Shown piece by piece: positions 49,300 to 64,000 of a DNA stretch of 64,000 bases (the stretch's first letter is position 1; each line of letters opens with the position of its first letter). Origin of the DNA: the human T2T-CHM13v2.0 reference genome, Homo sapiens; NCBI RefSeq assembly GCF_009914755.1, contig NC_060946.1; one strand, written 5' to 3'. A program made the position numbers and the translations under genes. The notes below the pieces were generated by a model, which was not told where the DNA came from, made no database searches, and was given only the letters and a program-made list of their open reading frames with translations.

Positions 49300-49690
49300 C
49301 CAGTCAGGTGTCCTAGGAAGCCGACTCCGAGTTGGAGATTTGCATGCAAGGAGGTTGAAATGATATTCCCAACACCTGTGGAAGAGTGAAAGCAATAGGA
49401 TTGGGTGGAGCAGGAAGTCGGCTGGAATGCAATCACTATCATGGCCGCAGTCCACTCTACAAGGATCTTGGTGAGTTTACCTAATGACCTCGAATTGGAG
49501 CAAGAAAACCAGGCCATTATATTTCTGTACCAAGCAGTTCTCGGATGTGGGATGCCTTGAGAAGGGACATGAACTTGGATGAAGGAACTTTACTGTGCTG
49601 TGAGTATTGTTGCCAGGAGTCAGCTGTCAACACTCCCAGGAGACGGGAAATTATGCTTTAGTCACTGAGGCGGCATGTAGTGTCAGACCA
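49300..49690 (-). mobile_element. Ancient ERVL LTR (LTR33-like)
   Basis: ggaagccgactccgagttggagatttgcatgca...aacacctgtggaag...ggattggg pattern. Confidence 0.4.
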
Positions 49691-50099
49691 CAGCCTTGTT
49701 AAACAGAGCCAGAATTTGGAGGATGGTTGGTGGGTTAAACATTTGGGGCTTGACATCTTGTCCCCACAAGCTGCTTCTGGCCTCTTCCTTGTCCATTTCT
49801 GTGTGACCTGTATAGGAGCCCCAGCTTCCTGCTTCTTCTTTACCATATTTGGAATGCAAAAATCTATACCTAATTTGGCCCATGGACCCTTCTGCTTAGA
49901 CATATCCTTGTAGCTATTTTTTTAAAAAGATGACTATGCCTTCTAGAATATTTCTAAGAAACTGCCTAAGTCACCACTGCTCACCAAGAGGCCTTTGTTT
50001 TTTCCTCTTCTTAACCATAGGAAAGGAATGTAGGAGGGTAGGGAGTGGATATTTTCTAACCTGGAAAAAACTCATTTTACCCTATATGATTTTTGTTAG

Positions 50100-50660
<561 letters not shown>

Positions 50661-52894
50661 ACCTTGCTTTGTAATTTTTACATCATATATCCCCTGTGTT
50701 AGACCAAGAGCTTCTAAAAGCCAGAAGACATACACCATTTATAGTTCAATTAGAGATGTTCACTGATAAAACTTATTCTTCCATCTGAGGGTGGTACTTG
50801 TAGTTACAGTAATGTAGATGACAATCTAAGTTATGTTCTATAAACTGTGTCACTGACATCTCAATCTACAGCTAACTTTAATTTTTTAAAAGCAGAGGAG
50901 TGGGTTCTATAGGTTTAGAAATACATTCATCAAGCTAGTTAAGTGAGATAGATTCAAACCTTCAACTCACTGGAATATTTACCAAATTGACTATTCATTA
51001 GCTAAAGGAGCCATACAAACAAGGTACGTTTTAAAATTCAAAATTATGTAAGGTTTTGTTTCCTTTTTATGCTGTTATGAATTGGATTGTAGAGGTTATA
51101 AGGTAAAATAAGGTTACTTTTACAGTAAAGCATACAACACATTGTCACAAGAGGGCAGCCTTTGAACATGAATTGCTTCTCAGGCATTCCTTGAAATTTT
51201 GAGACAGTTACTTTAATTAACACAATTAAATAATAAAACACTACAGAGGATCTAAGAAGATACTTTGACTTATGCATATTGTTACTTTTTTATTACTGCT
51301 AGTGGAAGATGTAATCTACAAGGAAGGCAAGGGCTGAATTTGTTTTATGTAAAAAGACAAATTTCTTTGGGTTTTAGCTTTCAAACAAGATAGTAGGTCA
51401 ATGTCTAAATGAGTGTATCAAAGTTGTCACACTAGCACATGTAAATCCACCTCTTATCTACCCAAAACTCCAACCAAGCAAAGGCAAGTTGGAAGAATCA
51501 GACAAATGTAAGTGCCTAGGATACATAAATGCCACTGGATTTTATGTTTTTAACTTTCAACCTCCCAAGTTTCACTAAGAGACATGTTATTTGGAGAGGT
51601 TGCTAAAGTGTAGTTGTATGATGTCTCTGTGTACGGTTGGTCTGGACCTCTTTCTGTCCAGTGGTTGCCCTCAACTGATTAGAGTCACCTCTCTAAAGAT
51701 CATGCTTACGTCCCTGGAGCAGTCCACAGCACTATCAATGTCTGACCTCCACCTTTTTCCAATTAATATTTCTGTACTTACTGAATTGGAAAACATACAG
51801 GTGTTTTTTGCCTGGTCACTTGTGGTTTTACAACACTCCCCCCGCTTCCGCACCACTGCCCCAGGTGATTTTGTTGCCAGCCAAAGTGTGAGAACTACTG
51901 GCAGCTGCTGGCAGACAGCAGCAAAGGCCCAAATCCTCTGTGTGATTTCAATACCCCTATCTGGTTTTCAGCCATATTTCCTTCTCCTTCTCAAAGCTGA
52001 GCCCACTCCTCCTCCCTCACCACCTGTAGGCTATGCTTTCCAGCCTGTGTCCAGGATTAGTCCTGATGTAAGGCACGTGGGGTTTAAGGATCTCTCTCTT
52101 CAGTCTTATTTCCGCACCATCGCTGACACATATATTCCAGTTGTAATCATGGGGCTACCTCCTTTTCTTTCCAGTCCCATGCTCATTTTCTCTATCACAT
52201 TCTACCTTGTAATAACCTAAATCTTCTGGTGGGCAAGCTTCTTCCTCAATCAAATTTGTGTTTATGATTGTGTTGGGGATTGGCTTAGTAATCCAGGTAC
52301 TGCTACTGCCTTGAAAGCGGAGACTGCATCCTTCTGTCTGGATATCTTGAGTTTCTGGATTGTAAACCTTATTAGGGCCCATTTTTCCTAGAATTGGAGC
52401 CTCTACTTTGTTCTTGCTACTTTAGTTCACCCAGAAAGCACGATCTCTGCCTGAATTTCAAAGTGTTGGCTAGCTTAAATATCCTTTTGTAAGACTTTCG
52501 TCTTCCTGCGGGGTGATTTTTTCATCTTACATACCATTGCTAATCTTTTTGTCTTGAATGTAATTGAAATAGTTTTAATCTGTGTTACCAGCAACAAGAA
52601 CCCCTTTTATGAGATGAAGAGGCCAGGTCAGTCTCATAACATGTGTCCCCCTCCGTGTGTTGAATTTATGTCAGAGCCAGGTTCTTTCCTATTTGACGTC
52701 TCTCACCAAATTCCAGTGTTTATGTCCTAGGAGGTGCCCAATAAATTCTAGAGTTGATACAAGCTGCAATTTTAGAGAAATTAAATTAGCAAGTAAAATT
52801 AGATTATATACAACCTAATCAACTTTTTTTTTCTGAGGATGACCAAGATTTGGGCTTCAGTGACAATAGTTGTCCCCTAAATATTTATACTCAA

Positions 52895-57100
<4,206 letters not shown>

Positions 57101-59248
57101 AGACTGGGAAGCGTCATCAGGTGTGAAGTTGCATTGATGCAAATTTAAATCATTGCAATTTTCTTTATTCTGTGGTCAAATACTTCATCATTAGTGGAGT
57201 ATTCTACTATTTCTGCCTCTTTTCTGTTTCTCATTACCATCAAAGTGTATTTAATTTTTTTAGAGTTAATAGTTTTTTCCCTGCATTTGGTTTAGACCTG
57301 AGCTACTACCATATTTTGTAATTCAAACTTTTTGTCTAACAATGTTTTAGAAAACTCTTTATTTGGAGGGAATTCTCAAACTTCTAAATACTCTACAAAC
57401 ATTAGGATCAGGGCTCACATTCCCAGTTTCCCTTGTAGCCAGATGTACATATGGAACATGGCCTCAGCTAATGAAGCATACCCACATATTTGAAAGTAAG
57501 AAAAGTGTTAAGAGGAACTGTAGATATCATTTTAGTTGATGCAAGGATGGAAAAAAATAACCAACTTTCACTGGTGAACTTTGTCTTCAATCATTGTTTT
57601 CCCGTTGGTAAGTGGCTAATTTTCTGGCCTAGAGGTGGCATTGGTGTGTTGGTAACAATTGATTTGATGATAACCTGCTTTTGTCTTTTTAAAAATTGCT
57701 AATCCACCATTGTTTCTGGTCCTGTTTTATATTTATGCAGTGTATAATGTCTCATGCAAAATTTAGTTCTTTGTTTCTCAGCTTAAACTGGATTTTGATG
57801 AGCAGTTTTCACCTTCAAATGAAATAAATGGCTTTGGTTGATGTTAGGCAAAAATAACAAGAAGGAATTAAAGAAATATGTTTGTCTTCTTGTAACATTA
57901 AATAAATGAAACTGAAAATTCAATAATTCTGCTTCATAAAAAAATAGAAAGTTTCTACTGGTTTTAATTATTTTTGAAGCTGTATCATTAAATGAAATTT
58001 CTGCCTCATGGAAGGTTTTTAGAACTATGTAATAATACCATACAGACCATTAGGAGAGAAATGAATAAAGACTGAAAGAAGTAAGCACTGTGTGGTAACA
58101 TAGATGGCGCACAGTTGTGTGCGTGGAGCCCTAATACATTTGACCATGGAATTTATACAATAAATGTTAGTTTCCTGTGAACCTGCTAATTAATATGACT
58201 TTTGCAGACATTTCCTTAACCTAAACAGTTTGGGTTTCCTGTATATAGACTGCATGTATTCTCATCTTTAACCTTTCCATAATCTTCCCTAATTACAGAT
58301 GTCATTGGTTCTTAATAGCAAAAGAACAGCAGTAGCTTATAAAGTTATATTATTTGTTTTTTACTAATATGTGAAGTGATTTTGTCTTTCATTTCACCTC
58401 TAGAGCTAATTATGTCTTCTAGGTTAACAAAATTTCCAGATCATACCATCATTAGTTTAAACTTTACAATGAAATCATTATTTCCATTTATTACTAGCCT
58501 GAATTATAGCAATATTTAGCTAATGAATTCTCAAAATATTTCTTGAAAGGTGAAAGAGTACCTCAAGTAAATGGTGTAATTTATTTATTTATCAGAATTT
58601 TAAATTAATTGTTCTGTTTAATCTCAAAGGGGTACCAATGAAGTCAGGGCATAAGGACTCCGTGGTTAATAAAATGGCAAGAATTAAAAAGGATTATTAC
58701 ATTTTTTCCTCATACTATGATGGCTATAATTTTTTAAAACAGTAGAAATGTTTAATTTTTAAAGGCTACTAGTGTCTATTTCATTCAAAGATGTGAGCTC
58801 TTCAGTTCAACTTGTTGTTTGAAATTTGAACAGCTTTTTCTTGCTCTTGTTCAATACAGTTATTTAACAGTCCAGGCAGGCCTCTGGAGTTACATATATG
58901 TATGTGGCTATGTGTGTATATATACACAGAAGTACAAATAGCATATAAACAATTTACATAAGACTTTTGCTTTTGATGAAAATTCTTCTAAAAGTGAATA
59001 TAAATTAATAGCATATGGAGCCTACAAAAATTGTCTAATAGGGAACTAGGAAAAGATAATTTGTGAAGAAAGAGTTCGCTAAAACAGACTTTTTATTTTT
59101 ACATGTAATAACATTATATTGAAGGGTTTCCAGAAATATAAAATGTTATAGGGCACTTATCCTGAGACACACGAAGGAGACAAGGGATAGAGCTAGGATG
59201 GAAGTGAAAATAAAGGGCAAATAGAGATAGATACTTAAGTGGAAATGA

Positions 59249-59494
59249 AACACTGCATGTTCTCACTCATAGGTGGGAATTGAACAATGAGAACACATGC
59301 ACACAGGAAGGGGAACATCACACACCAGGGCCGGTTTTGGGGTGGGGGGTGGGGGTAGGGATAGCATTAGGAGATATACCTAATGCTAAATGACGAGTTA
59401 ACGGGTGCAGCACACCAACATGGCACATGTATACATAAGTAACTAAACTGCACGTTGTGCACATGTGCCCTAAAACTTAAAGTATAAAAAAAAA
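59249..59494 (+). mobile_element. Short 5'-truncated L1PA (PA4-6-like) 3' end
   Basis: gcatgttctcactcataggtgggaattgaac...ccctaaaacttaaagtat plus A-tail. Confidence 0.9.
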
Positions 59495-61412
59495 TCATCA
59501 AACAGGTGGTAATTTCAAAACATGGCTTTTCCAGGCAGCCAATTTTCTGAATGTATCGCAAAAGAAGATAAATTGCATGTCTATGTAGATCATGTCAATG
59601 AAATAAACAATAAAGTTACTTATTGGAATATTGAAAGTGGTTGATAATAAATAAATTATTTATATTTATGGTAAAAGCAATAAACTTGATTTTTAGGGGG
59701 TTCAATGACTTCCTGAAAATATCCTCTCACAGATTTTCTCAGAGTGTCCAGTTGGCAAAAGCGCAGCTCCAAATAGCTATTTCTGTCAACGTCTACAGAA
59801 CATTTACAGTTTGATTTCCAAAAGTTTCCATTTCTACTGACCTTACAAATTTGTAAAGTGAATGCCCACCAGGATAAAATATTAAGTGATAAAATTAATT
59901 GGATCCTACAAGTGAAAATCTAGGCAAGGAAAATCTTCTTCCTTCTTAATGAATGATTTTTATGTCTCTTCATTCTTGTCCTTCTAGGTAAAGCAACACT
60001 CTGGAGAACTTCTTTTGAGGCATTTCACCACCAGAGTAAGTGTGATGTATGAGTAATTAGTCCACCCACAGGGATCTGGTGAAATTAAATGGGAAGTTAT
60101 TTCCTAACTGGCATATCTTGGTGTAAAATTAATCTAATAACAGCTTTCATAAGAGAACATAAGCTTAAAAGACAACATTTTTCATTCAACTTTACCAAAC
60201 AAAGTGCAAATTTAGGTGTCCAGTTGTGAAGTTTGGTTGTGTGTGGATTGTACGGTGAAGGTACCAGTGGACAACAGTTGCTCATCAAGCAAGTTTATAC
60301 AAAAGCTTTTGGACAAGTCCAACTCTAGATAAAATTCGAAAGTATTTCATGCTTGTGTTCAGAGTTTCTTTTTCTCTCTCCAAGGTAACTCACATATCAA
60401 AAGACATACGGGTTGTGGGTAGAACTTCCTAAAATTGCTGGTGAGAAGTGTACCATGCATAAGCATACTTCACTAGCTTGAATTTTCTGTTAGTCTCACA
60501 GGCAACAATTACAATCCTGTATGTTTTTCTATCTCCAGACACTCCTGAACATAAAAAGACCAAGTAACATCCCTGGTTAAGATGTGTACAGGTTCCAAGA
60601 CATGTCTAAATATATTCACCAAGAGGTTTATTATTTTCACAGTGGCATTCACTAAATCAGTTGTCAGTGTAGCATTACTCAAGGAATACGCAGGGTCTTT
60701 AATTTATCAAAGTTTGGAGTGCACCCCAAGTTGGATCACTGAAGCACATAACTATAGATAAGTTCACTCAAAAGCACAAATCCAGGTAATAAATATTCAC
60801 TAGTAGTTTATATGCATTTAGCAATTTGAATGCTGTGAAGTGTAGCCCAGAAAATCAATCGACATGGAGCTATTAAAGAGGCATTCATGGCACCTGCACT
60901 TTGAAGCTCTTCAGACTCAGGTTAAACAGGAGACATGGTAGCTCATATATACTGCAAAAACCCTTCCTCTTTCCCTTTTTATCTATGAACCTGCCCTTTT
61001 CAATGTTATCTAGATGCCTGAAGGTATGAATACCCTTGATCTTGGTAAAAAATGGTACCACCCATCAGCAAAATCTCACTGATCAGTGTCTATGTTACCT
61101 CACTGAGTTAGCCTTTTGTGTTGTTGTGGCCCAGAATGACAATGTTGACACAATCCAAACCAGTAGTTGGAAAGTTAATGTTGGATGCGTCTTTGACAAT
61201 TGATGGAATGACCTGAAATCAAATGTGAGGCAGTGGAGACACAAGAATGCTATTCAGGAAGTTAGTGATCTGTGGAGATACTAAATGAAATATCTGGAAG
61301 GAATTGTAATCTTGCAACTATGCTTTTATGTGTTTTTTGACATAAACAGTTTCTATTTATAGTGGAGCTAGAGTGTCCATTTCCCATGAAGTTCCCATAG
61401 TGTTAACTAATA

Positions 61413-61787
61413 CAGTCATGTGTCACTTAATGACAGGGGTGAGTCTGAGAAATGCATTGCTGGACAATTTTATTATTGTATGAACATCACAGAGTTTACT
61501 TACACAAACCTAGATGCTATAGCTGATTGCATACCTAGGTTAGGTGGTATAGCCTATTCCTCCTAGGCTACAAACCTGTGCAGCATGTTACTGTACTGAA
61601 TACTGTAGGCAATTGTAACACAACAGTTAAGTATATCTATACTTACTTATATCTATACAGTAAGTGTATCTATACATGTCTAAACATACAAGAGGTACAG
61701 TACAAATACAGTGTTATGATTTTATTGCACCACTGTCATACAAGTGCACTATCCTTGACCAAAATGTTGTTACGTGATGCATGATTG
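61413..61787. mobile_element. Tigger3a (MER7A)-like non-autonomous DNA transposon
   Basis: TIRs CAGTCATG...CATGATTG, TA TSD on both sides. Confidence 0.85.
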
Positions 61788-62281
61788 TAACAAAAGAATT
61801 AATTAAATATAATATCGAAGTGCCTATTGAGATTTCAATGAAGAAAGGAATATTTGTAAATTCTGATTACCTTAAGTGGGAATTGACTTTCTTCCTGTTT
61901 CCATGGCTCTTCTTGTGAAAGAGCATAGCTTTCCAAAGACCTGAAATCTCTGACAAATCTTGCAATTCTCTATAGCCTGCATTATGAAGGTCACCTGGTA
62001 TCAAAAGGGGCAAAATGGTAGATTATAAAGACCTGTACTTTCTTGTCACTTCCTAAACATAGCAAGCATTGGTCTATCTTGAACATTTCTGCAGTTATAA
62101 ATGAGCCTTGGGTCATGATTTTCTGCCTTTTTATCATAGACAAGATTTAATTTAGGAGATGTCCTTTTAATGTGTAATGTGAATAATAAGTGACACTTAT
62201 GAAGCCTATTTTCTTCCAGCCATTTTAATTGTCAAATCTGTCCAGTCAAGATGCAATGTTAGAGGTTTCACTGACAACACC

Positions 62282-62284
<3 letters not shown>

Positions 62285-62324
<40 letters not shown>
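62285..62324 (+). repeat. (TG)20 microsatellite
   Basis: Read directly. Confidence 0.95.
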
Positions 62325-62328
<4 letters not shown>

Positions 62329-62736
62329 CATACATATGATTGAGCAGGATTTATTGTAAGTCAAAACAGTCTCAAATTTCTTAGGACAATACAGCTTCCT
62401 TGGCCATTCCCTTGGAGCTCTGAGTTGAGGAGCTGGTGATGTGTATTTCTTTTGCATGTTCTCCACATTATCCCTATGCAGGCCTTCCATGGGCTTGGTT
62501 TTGGAACCAGTGATGAGGAAGATCATTAGAATTGTTTTTCTCAAAAAGATTCCTCCATTCTTCTGTATAAGCAATGGAAATTTTCCCAGACCAATATTTC
62601 TTCTTTTGAAATGGTAAATTTTGAATATTAACTGGTTAGTATAATCCCATAAAATAACAAAGTTTGAGCCCTATGATCTGTGTTTTAGGCTCAAGTTGTG
62701 TTTTATGCTAAATTATCATTTACTCCTTGTATGATC

Positions 62737-62908
62737 TTTTTTTTTTTTTTGAGACAGAGTCTCACACTGTCACTCAGGTTGGAGTGCAGTGGCACAATTT
62801 TGGCTTACGGCAAGCTCCGCCTCCCAGGTCCACACCATCCTTCTGCTTCAGCCTCCTGAGTAGCTGGGACTACAGGTGCCCGCCACCACACCCAGCTAAT
62901 TGTTTTTT
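62737..62908 (-). mobile_element. 5'-truncated Alu (right arm)
   Basis: Poly-T, reverse right monomer, ends in the A-rich linker. Confidence 0.85.
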
Positions 62909-64000
62909 AAGATTAAGGATGAAATAAAAGCTGCTCCCCTATATTACATTCATAAATCAGAATTATTAAAGCAAGCTATTTATTTATTAGAAACACATAC
63001 TCCAAATTTAGCATCTAAGACATGACAGTCTTTCAAGAGACATCAATTTACTTTTTAGGGTCTATAGCTATATTTGTATTCATGTTATTGGTGTCCATAA
63101 TATTTCATTAGATGTTCTGGGTAAATTGATAAATGAAAATAATATATGTGATAAGGAGAACAACCTAGGCCTCCTGGAGGGCCCCTTACAACTCAGCTGG
63201 TGTTAGCAGAAATGCCTGGGAGTAACAGTGAGAAACAACCTTTCAAAAGTGTTGAGCAATTTTTCAGGCAGAGGAATATGTATACCAATCCAGGCAGCAA
63301 GATAAGTGGAGGTCAGTTAAAAGATCAGTGTGTGATTACATTTCATTTTTAGGTTTCTACTGAGAGGAAATATGACACTCAGTTATTATTTTCTCCACAT
63401 ATCTCTGGTTATTTTGTCACAACCTTTTATGTAAGCTACTACTAAACACTGGGTTATCCAAGATCTATGGGTCGTATTCAATATTTGCTTTTCCCTCAAC
63501 TACTAACACATTTGATTCCCTTTGTAACTTTCTCCCCTATTTCTCCTTTCAACCTGTTTTCTCCAAACACACTGAGTAAATAAGCCTCCTATATACTCTC
63601 ATAACCTGTTTTATCTAAAGAGATTTCTTTTTTCTACTATTATACCCATCTCATTCCCTAATTTATTTATTCTTATTTCTCACTCTATTTTTTATTCTTT
63701 TAGGCACAGCTCATGTCTCATGACTTTCAAAAAGTTTTTCTTCTGATATTCCCAGCTCGAATTAGGTACATCCCAATCAGTTTCCTTAGACTTACAACTC
63801 TGCATATTATTGGCTTGCAATCTGTCTTAGGCTGGGAATTAGCTCCTTGTAGGCAGGGGCTAGAATTTATTTACTCTTATGTCCATAATGCCTGACACAG
63901 GAACTATTCTCATATACAAATTGTAAGGCCATAATTCCTGAGAACATATGTACATTGTAGTGACTCATAAAGGCTTGAAATAAATTTTTAAAATGATAAA

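Noticed and set aside
51591-52220. 209-aa ORF as a novel gene
   Set aside because: It starts at TTG, has no recognisable domain or promoter context, and overlaps a MER5-like fragment; probably a chance ORF.

Overview
Primate, most likely human or great-ape, genomic DNA, mostly interspersed repeats, with a mosaic layout typical of pericentromeric or acrocentric segmental duplications. I found no intact protein-coding gene; the recognisable ORFs are decayed L1, HERV-K, Alu or LTR sequence. Layout: (i) 1354-14877 is a complete MER57-type ERV1 provirus (two LTRs, Leu PBS, GAAC TSD) holding a MER52 LTR, a full-length L1PA3/4-type LINE, four Alus and a 35-bp minisatellite. (ii) A solo LTR6-like LTR follows. 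(iii) A CpG-island promoter at about 18.2-18.75 kb has ETS, YY1, NRF1 and ZNF143 motifs and candidate minus-strand noncoding exons, resembling the TEKT4P2/MAFIP paralog family (from memory, unverified). (iv) An L1MA and MER4-group ERV internal sequence come next; the latter hosts a minus-strand L1PA7/8 whose 5'UTR deletion matches a splice donor/acceptor pair. (v) An Alu-bounded 118-bp inverted paralog of 531-648 lies at about 39 kb. (vi) A deleted HERV-K9 (HML-3) provirus sits in the dUTPase region of a HERV-K14 (HML-1) provirus. (vii) The right end is AT-rich with old L1s and a Tigger3a. Repeat family names come from recognition of consensus sequences, not a database run. I see no convincing new biological system; the best leads concern genome evolution and regulation.
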